A stretch of 64,000 nt of DNA from positions 1,248,001 through 1,312,000 of the forward strand of contig OZ241329.1 of NCBI GenBank assembly GCA_965199825.1, given 5' to 3'. Position 1 is the stretch's first letter; each line of letters opens with the position of its first letter. This DNA is from Bdellovibrionales bacterium (GTDB lineage: Bacteria; Bdellovibrionota; Bdellovibrionia; Bdellovibrionales; UBA1609). This document shows positions 1 through 8,856 of this stretch, piece after piece. The translations under genes were made by a program, and so were the position numbers. The notes under the pieces are model-generated. The model saw only the letters and a list, made by a program, of their open reading frames with translations, did not search any database and was not told the DNA's origin.

Positions 1-723
1 ATGATGAATGTCGAGATGTCGCTGCTGTGAACAACGTTGACCATCGTCATTGATATGTGTGCATTGGCTCTGGTGATTGTGATGAACTTTGCGCTTTTTA
101 ATAGTGGATAGATTTTCAGTTTTTGAAGGCGGGCACGATTTCTTGAGTGGATCTATTTTTTGTAAAAGCGTTTTGACCGCCGAGACACAAACGTCATTGA
201 TTGTTGCGGATCGACCCAACTTTTGACTCATCAAATCTTTTGCTCTTTCGAGCTCGTTAAATTCATCTCCGCTGACTGAATATGAAACTTGCACCCTCAC
301 TGTTACACCTGCTTTACAATATCGTGCCCGCTCAGGAATTGCTTTTTCGGGTTGAGCTTTTGCAATCGCTTTTTCGAGGTTTCGTTTTGTACCCTGTGCG
401 ATGGGTAACCACTCTGCTGCATTTTCTGGGGTCTAAACACTACATACTCGATTGCCTTTTGAAATCGATATTTCGCCCGAAGCGATTTGGGTTTTCAACT
501 CAGGAACTTCGATGAATTTTTTTGCCAGTTTATTGAAAATGCTCGCAAGTTCTTCAGAAAGTTTGAGGTGTTTGGTTGAATACTCGAATAGTGAGCGGCA
601 GCCAAATTGGGAGTAGGTTTTGTTTCGCCATACAATTTCTAAAGCACTAAGTAATTCGATTTCTGTTTTACGGTGATTGGCAGCGGCTGACACTGCCTGG
701 GAATGTATTTTAGAATGGTCCAT
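1..723 (-). pseudogene. HNH endonuclease with DUF222-like N-terminus, interrupted by one in-frame TAG at 433-435; runs off the left window edge
   Basis: Manual translation past the stop stays open and co-linear with the 21559-22380 paralog: ...RVCSV*TPENAAEWLPIAQGTKRNLEKAIAKAQPEKAIPERARY...QCTHINDDGQRCSQQRHLDIHH. SD AGGAG precedes the ATG at 723. Confidence 0.85.
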
Positions 724-978
724 AAACTTCTCCTGTTTAAATGAAAGTTATATCACGGGTTTTTCAATTCATTTTTTTATAGGGAATCAACCTGCTTTTA
801 ATTTCGTTAGTTTGAGGGGTTTTTTTGTTATGGCGCGAGTCGGTGAAGCCGGCGCAGCTTTAAAAATGTCCAATTCAATGCTGGGCAAACAAGTGCTGCT
901 CTTGACGATGCAAAAAGGTGTCAACAATTTTTTGGCAAAAAATTAACTCGTATTGTACCATCGCTCACCTTTGAGTTC

Positions 979-1066
979 GCGGGCACGACAAATCTCTTCC
1001 GAAATAATTAACCTAAACCAGTCATAACACCGCCGGAGGTTTCGCGAAATGCAAGCGGGCACGACA
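979..1066 (-). repeat. Two exact copies of core TGTCGTGCCCGC (plus strand GCGGGCACGACA at 979-990 and 1055-1066) upstream of the HNH pseudogene
   Basis: Read directly. Same core and same orientation relative to the HNH gene as the array at 20841-21323. Confidence 0.85.
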
Positions 1067-1165
1067 ATTCACGCCTACTTCACGAACCCCCGCCCAATCC
1101 CGTCACCCCCCTCTGCCAAAAATAGGCCCACAACTTGTAAATCCTATCTTAAATCGCAAATGAGG

Positions 1166-1181
1166 CGGCCCTGGCTTTGCT
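1166..1181 (+). promoter_or_regulatory. Possible sigma54 -24/-12 promoter for the lipoprotein gene
   Basis: cGGccctggcttTGCt gives GG-N10-GC spacing about 43 nt upstream of ATG 1224. Confidence 0.4.
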
Positions 1182-1223
1182 CAATAGACTAGTGGGTAAC
1201 TAAATTTCATTGAGGGGTAGATA

Positions 1224-2807
1224 ATGAAAGCATTCCGTTTCGGCGGGGCTTTAATAGCTTCGGTAGTATTTGTAGCATGTTCGAGCGGCGGGAGCGGCGG
1301 ATCTAAGCCACCACCCATTCGCGACGGCGCATTTCAATGTCCAGTTGGCGAAGACTGTACTCGACGCCCACAGCGACCACTGGCTCAGCCAACTGCACCC
1401 GTTCGTCAAGAGACGGTGCAACCCGCTCAGGTCACACAGATCACAACAGGATCTCCAGAAACCACAGCGGTAACCACCTCCACATTAAGTGAGAGCGGAA
1501 TCAGCGGCACACCCAATGGTGGCTATCATTCTGAGCCCATCGTTAACATTCCTCAGGTTGATCAATCTCGCGGTTTGCAAGCCCAAGTGCCACTCCCACG
1601 AAACGAAACTGGGGCGGCGACTGAAGGTCGAGTGTTTACCGACACCATCGATGATCCGGCTCTTTATTTTTTACGTGTGATGGCAAATAATGTTCCTAAA
1701 GACATTCTTGAAGCGAGCCATAAATTTGCCGAAGGTATTGAAGCGGTAGAAGTTTCGCTTGATGCAAACGGAAGCGACACTGCGATTATCTCATTTCGAG
1801 ACGGAGATCGTGACGTCGTTGTGCGATTGGTTGGACCAACGCATCCAGAAAAACGCAACAACGTGACCTTTTTGGTGGCTGAGCTTTCGCAGCAAGAACA
1901 GGCCGCATCGACCGGAGCACCTTATGACGGAAAAATTTCGGCAACCGCAACTTGTATTGATGCAGGCAATAGCTGTCAGCACCAAATTTTGACCATTCGT
2001 GAATTGAAGCGAGGTCCAAAAGGCTTAGAGCCATGTAAGATTGCTTATGTGATTGCACGATCTTTTGATGCGCATATTCGCTTAGCAGCCATCGATACGG
2101 TTCGACCAGAAAGTCAGCCCAATGCCAATTACGCCAAGGTCATGACTTATTTGAATAACACTGTGAAATGTTCGAACGCTCGCCGAGGCGAAGGCCCATG
2201 GACATTATGTAAACCACCCGCATCCTCAACCATTGGTTTGGCTTCATGGAGCGTTGCATTTGGTGCATCCGCATTTGATCTGACTCTTGAAGAAGACGCG
2301 GGCACAAATCAACCCATCGTTGATGTCACTCGTCTTTCGGGATTGTTAACATCTCCTGGAGGCAACGTTGAATCGGGTCCAAGTACTCGTCGATTGAGAG
2401 TTGAAGGTGGCCAGAAAAATATTAATTACGGCAACGATCGCACTCTTTATCAACTTAAAGAACGCACCGGAAAATATGTTTCGGCAATTCAGTTTGCACA
2501 GTTGACCAAAAATAATGGACGCGGTCGGCTGAGCATCAATCTCAACTTTGGTTACAATGCCTCAGCTGAATTTGATGTGTTTCCTCTCGCATTCCCAACA
2601 ATGACAATGGAGCAACTCAAAAACTTGGTGCAGCCCGATCAAGCGCAGGCCCCAGCCGCAGCGCCTGCTCCAGCTCACCAGTCTGCAAATCAGTGTGAGA
2701 GATTTTTTAGCGATCCAAAAAAATATGTTCGGGCTCAGGGCAATTGTTGCGATGATCTTGAGCATCTTTCTAAAGCACGGGTGAACATCTGCACCCAAGG
2801 TTCATGA
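1224..2807 (+). CDS. Hypothetical lipoprotein with Pro/Thr-rich linker and small Cys-rich C-terminal module
   Basis: 527-aa ORF, lipobox VFVA-C-SSGGSGG, SD GAGGGG. Confidence 0.75.
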   Translation: MKAFRFGGALIASVVFVACSSGGSGGSKPPPIRDGAFQCPVGEDCTRRPQRPLAQPTAPVRQETVQPAQVTQITTGSPETTAVTTSTLSESGISGTPNGGYHSEPIVNIPQVDQSRGLQAQVPLPRNETGAATEGRVFTDTIDDPALYFLRVMANNVPKDILEASHKFAEGIEAVEVSLDANGSDTAIISFRDGDRDVVVRLVGPTHPEKRNNVTFLVAELSQQEQAASTGAPYDGKISATATCIDAGNSCQHQILTIRELKRGPKGLEPCKIAYVIARSFDAHIRLAAIDTVRPESQPNANYAKVMTYLNNTVKCSNARRGEGPWTLCKPPASSTIGLASWSVAFGASAFDLTLEEDAGTNQPIVDVTRLSGLLTSPGGNVESGPSTRRLRVEGGQKNINYGNDRTLYQLKERTGKYVSAIQFAQLTKNNGRGRLSINLNFGYNASAEFDVFPLAFPTMTMEQLKNLVQPDQAQAPAAAPAPAHQSANQCERFFSDPKKYVRAQGNCCDDLEHLSKARVNICTQGS

Positions 2808-2859
2808 TTAAATAAATCAGAGATTGTCACATGCGGACTTTGCATGTGACGATCCTCAA

Positions 2860-3744
2860 ATGGAAATCGAAACACCTCATCTGCGAACAAAGCCCCAACT
2901 TTCCGCCTACACAGATTTTCGCAAATACTTAAAAGATTTTTTTGATCACAAAGTCTATGAGACCCGCAAAGATCGCAGGCCCTATAACTATTCGCAGTTT
3001 TCGGTTGCTGCCGAAATCAAATCTCCCGCTTACTTAAAAATGATTATCGAAAATCAACGCAATCTTTCACCCGTGATGGCCCAAAAATTTGGGTATGCAC
3101 TTGGGCTTCAAAAAGAAGATATTCAAGAATTTATTTTGCTCGTGAACTACGGCCAGGCAATTGATCCGCTTGAGCGCAATCGTCATTTAAAAAAATTAAG
3201 TGAATTTCGTGTGCGCTCCCAACTCAAAAAAGGTGAGCTTGAATCTGACGTGTGGGACAAAGTGCCCTCGTGGATCACATGGGTTTTGTATGCCATGGCC
3301 GATCAAAAAAATGTTAAATTTGAGGCCGAAAATCTAAAGCAGTTGATCAAAAATAAACCCCCGTTTGATGAGATCAAAAAAAGTCTTGAACGATTGCTGT
3401 CATCCGGCGAGTTGCAGCCCAACGAACTCAATGGCGAAATGGTAAAAACACGCGAACTGATGGCGGGGGTTGAAAAAGTGCCCACAGCTCTTGTGCGTAA
3501 ACTCCAAGCCGAATTGATTTACTTGGGATTAGATTCGCTCTTTCAAGATTCGCCAACTGATCGCGAATTTGGAGCATTAACTTTTGCGCTCACCGAAGAA
3601 GAATTTGAATCCTTAAAATTTGAGCTGCGACATTTGCGTAAGCGCTTAAATAAAGATTTTGCGGTTAGTCGAAAAGCGGTCAAAGGAGATCGAGTTTTTC
3701 AACTCAACATTCAGTTATTTCCGGTGACGTATAAGGCGAGATAA
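2860..3744 (+). CDS. TIGR02147/DUF4423-family protein (HTH-containing)
   Basis: YTDFRKYLKDFF, YSQFSVAAEIKSPAYLKMIIENQRNLS and terminal VFQLNIQLFP are typical of this family. Start moved to ATG 2860. Confidence 0.8.
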   Translation: MEIETPHLRTKPQLSAYTDFRKYLKDFFDHKVYETRKDRRPYNYSQFSVAAEIKSPAYLKMIIENQRNLSPVMAQKFGYALGLQKEDIQEFILLVNYGQAIDPLERNRHLKKLSEFRVRSQLKKGELESDVWDKVPSWITWVLYAMADQKNVKFEAENLKQLIKNKPPFDEIKKSLERLLSSGELQPNELNGEMVKTRELMAGVEKVPTALVRKLQAELIYLGLDSLFQDSPTDREFGALTFALTEEEFESLKFELRHLRKRLNKDFAVSRKAVKGDRVFQLNIQLFPVTYKAR

Positions 3745-3865
3745 AAAACCCGTTAAGCCTTAGCGATGAACGTGAGGAACTGGCTGGTTCCGTACTTTCT
3801 TCGAGGGGGGGGGGGAAAGTGCCCATCGCTAAGACCTAACAAGTAACAACAAACGTACTACAGCA
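3743..3865 (-). ncRNA. Candidate structured small RNA with C-rich loop and U-tract end
   Basis: 3752-3771 and 3821-3840 form an uninterrupted 20-bp stem only on the minus strand (4 G-U pairs). It encloses two hairpins and is followed by GGGUUUUUU. Possible TTGCGA-N18-TATTCC promoter upstream; 5' end approximate. Confidence 0.5.
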
Positions 3866-4033
3866 ATGGGAATAACAGAGTTTTTGACTTCGTCGCAATC
3901 GAATATTTCACGACAATAAGGTTTGAGATAAAATTTCTAACCCGTCGAATTGTTGATCATTTTGTCTCTAATTGGCACTTAACGCCGTTGGAGTTCGACA
4001 GCTAAATTAAAACGTGCTCTAACGAATTCGACC

Positions 4034-5251
4034 ATGAAGCGAAACCCAGTTCTCATTATTTTTTTTACCGTATTTTTAGATTTGGTTGGATTTGGAATGA
4101 TCATTCCACTCAACCCTTATCTTGCGCGTGAGTTTGGTGCGGGCCCCTTTGAAGTGGGCCTCTTGATGGCGGTTTACTCACTGATGCAATTTGTTTGTTC
4201 GCCGTTTTGGGGAAAGCTCTCCGACCGCATTGGACGCAGACCTGTCATCTTGGTTTCACTTTTAGGTGTGGGACTGGCTCATTTGGCATTTTCGTTTTCG
4301 CAAACCTACACCCTTTTATTTTGCGCGCGGTTGCTCGCCGGGGGATTTGGTGGAAATATTTCGACCGCGATGGCTTACATCGCCGACGTCACTCCACAAA
4401 ATGAACGATCCAAAGGAATGGGATTGATTGGTGCGGCGTTTGGATTGGGATTTTTGGTTGGACCTTTTCTTGGTGGAGTGATGTCGATTGTTGGTTCAAA
4501 CCTTGGATCACAACCTCCGCTTGGCCCGAGCTTTCCGGCCTTGGTCGCCGCGGTTTTGTGTTTTTTAAATGTGGGCTTTGCCTATAAGTTTTTAGGTGAG
4601 AGCTTAAAAACTCGGGTGCTTAAAAAGCGTGAGCCCAGATTTTTGTTTTTGATCACCTATTTGACCAAACCCGTGATTGGTCAATTTATGATTATTTATT
4701 TTTGTGCCTCTTTAGCAATGGCGCATATGGAAGCCTCACTGTTTTTGTTTATGCAAGATCAGTTTGGTTGGAATCTGATGCGTGCAAGCTTTGGATTTGC
4801 CTATGTCGGAATCGTGATGGTTTTTACTCAAGGCTATTTGATTCGTAAACTCTTACCGATTTACGGCGAGCGAGTGCTCTTGGTATGGGGCTTAAGCTTT
4901 TCGATGGTTGGGTTTTTGGGAATTGCCCTCGCTCCAAGTATTTTGTTGATGGCTGTTGCGGTAACCTTTTTAGGTTTAGGTAATGGCTTGGCCAATCCAT
5001 CACTTTCAGGCTCGATCAGTTTATTAACTAACGAAGAGGATCAGGGCAAAGTCTTGGGTCTGAACCAAAGTCTCTCGGCTTTGGGACGAGTGATTGGGCC
5101 CGCAACCGGCGGCTTGGTTTATCAAGGTGTTTCAAGACAAGCCCCGTTTTTGGCGGCGGCCGCATTAATGTTGGTTGGTTTTGGTTTGGCCTTTCGAGTG
5201 GCAAAGGAAATTCCTGATGTTCAAAGACGACATCCTCACCCTCAATCTTGA
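4034..5251 (+). CDS. MFS transporter, TetA/DHA1-like
   Basis: Motif A GKLSDRIGRRPV, about 12 hydrophobic segments, AYIADVT..ERSKGMG. Confidence 0.9.
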   Translation: MKRNPVLIIFFTVFLDLVGFGMIIPLNPYLAREFGAGPFEVGLLMAVYSLMQFVCSPFWGKLSDRIGRRPVILVSLLGVGLAHLAFSFSQTYTLLFCARLLAGGFGGNISTAMAYIADVTPQNERSKGMGLIGAAFGLGFLVGPFLGGVMSIVGSNLGSQPPLGPSFPALVAAVLCFLNVGFAYKFLGESLKTRVLKKREPRFLFLITYLTKPVIGQFMIIYFCASLAMAHMEASLFLFMQDQFGWNLMRASFGFAYVGIVMVFTQGYLIRKLLPIYGERVLLVWGLSFSMVGFLGIALAPSILLMAVAVTFLGLGNGLANPSLSGSISLLTNEEDQGKVLGLNQSLSALGRVIGPATGGLVYQGVSRQAPFLAAAALMLVGFGLAFRVAKEIPDVQRRHPHPQS

Positions 5252-5501
5252 TCAGCTCGATAATTTATTTGAGCAGCGCGTGCCTTTTTTATTTATTGAT
5301 ACTTTAGGTCAGCACAAAAAAGCGCATCATATGGCCGAAAATGAAATCGCAAATTTTATCAAACAAAACAATCCAGCAGCGCATTTGCCAATTGTTCTTG
5401 CCGGAATCAGTTCGCCCAAGGTGATTCAAAAATTAATTAAACTCACCTCACACACTCACTTTTACATTTTGGAAACTGACACCTCCGACGACATCGGTTA
5501 G
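5217..5501 (+). CDS. Small hypothetical protein (possibly degenerate rhodanese-like)
   Basis: ORF fills the gap between the MFS gene and valS; AAGGA before ATG 5217. Confidence 0.5.
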   Translation: MFKDDILTLNLDQLDNLFEQRVPFLFIDTLGQHKKAHHMAENEIANFIKQNNPAAHLPIVLAGISSPKVIQKLIKLTSHTHFYILETDTSDDIG

Positions 5502-5511
5502 GGTTTTGGGC

Positions 5512-8172
5512 ATGGATCAAATCTCAGACCGATATTCGCCAAAAGATGTAGAAGCCCGAGTGTATGCATGGTGGGAAGACAAAGGCTTTTTTGAAGCCGA
5601 AGACGTCTCGACCAAACCTCCCTATTGCATCATTCTTCCTCCCCCCAACGTGACTGGGGCCTTGCACATTGGTCATGCTCTTGATCACACCTTGCAGGAT
5701 GTTTTGATTCGCTGGAAGCGCATGTCGGGGTTTAATACTTTGTGGATTCCGGGGAGTGATCATGCAGGGATTGCAACCCAATCGGTGGTTGAGCGTGAGC
5801 TTAAAAAAACGGGACTTAAGCGCAAAGAAATGGGACGTGAAAAATTTGTAGCTGCCGTTTGGGATTGGAAAACCACCTATGGCAATCGCATTTATGAACA
5901 GATGCGGAGCCTTGGCGATTCCTGCGCGTGGAAGCGCGCGGTGTTCACTCTTGATGATGGAGTTTCAAAAGCGGTTCGACATGTTTTTGTTTCGCTCTAC
6001 AATAAAGGTTTAATTTATAAGGGCACAAAGCTGATCAATTGGTCGGTGGGATTAGAAAGTGCAATTTCAGATCTGGAAGTGGAGCATCGCGAAGTCAAAG
6101 GTTCGATCTATCATGTGCGCTACTCACCAGAAATTATTGTGGCGACCACCAGACCCGAAACATTGCTCGGTGATACCGCAGTGGCGGTTCATCCAGAAGA
6201 TGAACGTTACAAAAAATTTATTGGTCAAAAAGTAAAAGTGCCGCTGACAGATCGTTGGATTCCGATCATTGCCGATGAGACGGTGGATCGTGAATTTGGA
6301 TCAGGAGCGGTTAAAATTACTCCGGCTCATGACTTTAACGATTATCAAATGGGTCAAAGGCACAAATTGCCGATGATCAATATTCTAAATAAAGATGGCA
6401 GCCTCAATGCGGAAGCAGGGGCTTATCAAGGATTAAAAAATCCTGAAGCTCGTAAAAAAATTCTTGAAGATCTCGAAGCCCAAGAAATTTTGGTTAAGGT
6501 CGAACCTCATGCTCATTCGGTGGGTCACTGCCAACGCACAGGCACCGTGGTTGAGCCGTTTTTGAGTGAACAATGGTTTGTCAAAATGGACCAGATTTCG
6601 ATTCCGGCTCGGCGTGTGGTTGAGAGTGGAACTATTCGATTTGAGCCTGAGTCGTGGACCAAAACTTATTTGCATTGGCTCAGTATTATTCAAGATTGGT
6701 GTATCTCGCGGCAATTGTGGTGGGGGCACCGCATTCCGGCTTGGTATTGCCAAAAATGTGAAAACATTGTTGTGGCCGAGAACACTCCAAGTGTTTGTCC
6801 AAAATGTCAGAGCAAAGATTTAAAACAAGAAGAAGATGTTTTGGACACTTGGTTTTCGTCAGCACTCTGGCCATTTTCGACTATGGGTTGGCCCGAAGAT
6901 ACCGAAACCCAAAAAACTTTTTATCCAACCGATGTTTTGGTCACCGGCCACGACATTATATTTTTCTGGGTTGCGCGGATGATCACCATGGGTCTTGAGT
7001 TCAAACGAGATGTGCCATTTCGCACGGTGTATGTTCATGGCTTGATTCGTGATTCTCAAGGTCGAAAAATGTCGAAGTCGCTCAATAATTCGGTAGATCC
7101 TGTTCAGCTGATCGAAGAGTTTGGTGCCGATTCTTTGCGATTCACTTTACTTTCTCAAGTGGCTTCGGGACGCGATCTTAAATTTTCTTCGTCACGTCTT
7201 GAAGGCTATCGTAATTTTATAAATAAAATTTGGAATGCCACCCGTTTTTCTTTAAACGCTCTTAAAGATTTTTATGTTCCGAGCGAAGGTGTAAAAGCTT
7301 TGCCGCTTAAAAAAGATTTAAGCACGGCAGACCAGTGGTTGATTTCAAAACTTAGCGGTTGTGAAAAAGCGGTGGACGAAGCCTTGCATGCATTAAGATT
7401 TTCTGATGCAGCAAATGCGGTATACAGTTTTGTTTGGCACGACTTCTGTGACTGGTATCTCGAATTTAGTAAACCGGTTGTGTATGGTGAGCCGAGCGAT
7501 TCACGAACCGCAACTCAGCTTGTGCTCACACAAACTCTCAACCGCATTATGAGACTGCTCCATCCCTTTGTTCCATTTGTAACAGAAGAGTTGTTTCAAA
7601 AATTACCCATCCGAAGTGCCGCATTGATTGTTGAGACATTTCCTACCATTCGCAATGATAAGGAGTGGTTGTCGTTAGGATCGGCGGAAGCGTTGATCGA
7701 AATGGATGTGGTCAAAGAGGTGATCACCGCAATACGAAATATCCGTGGTGAAAATCGTATTAAGCCTTCTGTTAAAATTGCGACCCGACTGGTGCCTCAG
7801 AGTGAGTTGGCTGAGAAAATTTTGACTGCAAACAAAACTGCTATGATCACGTTGGCAAAACTCGAATCGTGCGAAATTGTGCAACAAACTTCGATGCAAA
7901 AATGTGCGGTCACTCCGGTTCGTTTGGGTGACATCGGGGTCGATGTGGTGATTCCGCTTGAAGGTCTTGTCGACATCAATGAGGAAATTGCGAGACTTAA
8001 AAAAGCGATCGAAAAAACTCAGGCCGAAAGTGTGGGTCTTGAGCGCCGATTGAGTGATAAAAAGTTTTTGGCCAATGCTCCAGAAGAGATTGTGCTTGAA
8101 GGGCGCGAGCAGCTTCAGACGTTTAAGAGTAAACTTGATAGTTTAGAACAAAGTTTAATGCGGTTACGCTAA
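5512..8172 (+). CDS. valS: Valine--tRNA ligase
   Basis: PPPNVTGALHIGH, DWCISRQLWWGHRIP, KMSKS, C-terminal coiled coil. Confidence 0.98.
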   Translation: MDQISDRYSPKDVEARVYAWWEDKGFFEAEDVSTKPPYCIILPPPNVTGALHIGHALDHTLQDVLIRWKRMSGFNTLWIPGSDHAGIATQSVVERELKKTGLKRKEMGREKFVAAVWDWKTTYGNRIYEQMRSLGDSCAWKRAVFTLDDGVSKAVRHVFVSLYNKGLIYKGTKLINWSVGLESAISDLEVEHREVKGSIYHVRYSPEIIVATTRPETLLGDTAVAVHPEDERYKKFIGQKVKVPLTDRWIPIIADETVDREFGSGAVKITPAHDFNDYQMGQRHKLPMINILNKDGSLNAEAGAYQGLKNPEARKKILEDLEAQEILVKVEPHAHSVGHCQRTGTVVEPFLSEQWFVKMDQISIPARRVVESGTIRFEPESWTKTYLHWLSIIQDWCISRQLWWGHRIPAWYCQKCENIVVAENTPSVCPKCQSKDLKQEEDVLDTWFSSALWPFSTMGWPEDTETQKTFYPTDVLVTGHDIIFFWVARMITMGLEFKRDVPFRTVYVHGLIRDSQGRKMSKSLNNSVDPVQLIEEFGADSLRFTLLSQVASGRDLKFSSSRLEGYRNFINKIWNATRFSLNALKDFYVPSEGVKALPLKKDLSTADQWLISKLSGCEKAVDEALHALRFSDAANAVYSFVWHDFCDWYLEFSKPVVYGEPSDSRTATQLVLTQTLNRIMRLLHPFVPFVTEELFQKLPIRSAALIVETFPTIRNDKEWLSLGSAEALIEMDVVKEVITAIRNIRGENRIKPSVKIATRLVPQSELAEKILTANKTAMITLAKLESCEIVQQTSMQKCAVTPVRLGDIGVDVVIPLEGLVDINEEIARLKKAIEKTQAESVGLERRLSDKKFLANAPEEIVLEGREQLQTFKSKLDSLEQSLMRLR

Positions 8173-8217
8173 CAAATTCATAAAAACTATGGCCCAATTA
8201 TATTGGGGGCCACGCTT

Positions 8218-8850
8218 ATGTTATTTCGTTTGTCGTCAGCTGCACTTTGTCTTGTGGCATGCACGCAAGGGACTTCACCAAGCGAGCAAAGATCGATGAG
8301 CGCTCAAGAGCGTGTGATGTTTGATCAAGTCACAAACTTATTTACCAAAAATATTGCTGCAGGCGATTCTTTTCGAGTGGAAGATTTGCCATTTAAAGCA
8401 GTACTTAAAGACTGCGACGTTGATTTTCAAACCCCACAAAAAAAAGGTGTTGGAGCCGAGTCGGGTTATTTTTATCTGATTGTTGGCTCAAGCCGCTGCC
8501 CTTTGCGTTTTGAAAATCGGGTGAGTGTGATCCATGCTCAGCCTGAAGGCCGAGTGAGCTTTCGTACTGCGCTGACCATTGTCGACAGCGAAAAGGCGGG
8601 TGAGCTTAAATCCTATGAGGCTGAGGGTGTTTTGGCACTGATCGATTTTGATCGGGGTTACAGGGTGAGCGGCACACTCCAAGGTGTGATTTATCAAGAG
8701 CCCAAAATCAAATTTGAAATTGTGATCGATGGAGATGTGACCTCAGGCTATGTGTCGCTTGATCGAGAAATCCAAATTTCATTTCCGAGTTTTACATACA
8801 CGTCAAAGAGTTTAAACCTCCTAAACTTCAATTTGTCGAAGCCCAATTAA
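8218..8850 (+). CDS. Hypothetical lipoprotein
   Basis: Lipobox CLVA-C; start uncertain (8203 or 8218). Confidence 0.6.
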   Translation: MLFRLSSAALCLVACTQGTSPSEQRSMSAQERVMFDQVTNLFTKNIAAGDSFRVEDLPFKAVLKDCDVDFQTPQKKGVGAESGYFYLIVGSSRCPLRFENRVSVIHAQPEGRVSFRTALTIVDSEKAGELKSYEAEGVLALIDFDRGYRVSGTLQGVIYQEPKIKFEIVIDGDVTSGYVSLDREIQISFPSFTYTSKSLNLLNFNLSKPN

Positions 8851-8856
8851 TTAGAT

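Noticed and set aside
433..435. Programmed amber readthrough or alternative genetic code
   Set aside because: TAG terminates ordinary genes here (for example the UbiB-like kinase and cheR), and no recoding machinery is in view.
2297..2306. Partial core match GCGGGCAC in the lipoprotein gene
   Set aside because: Only 8 bp, isolated and within coding sequence; compatible with chance.
3805..3815. Poly-G tract as a phase-variation switch
   Set aside because: It is intergenic, outside any evident promoter spacer, and better explained as the loop of the minus-strand structure.
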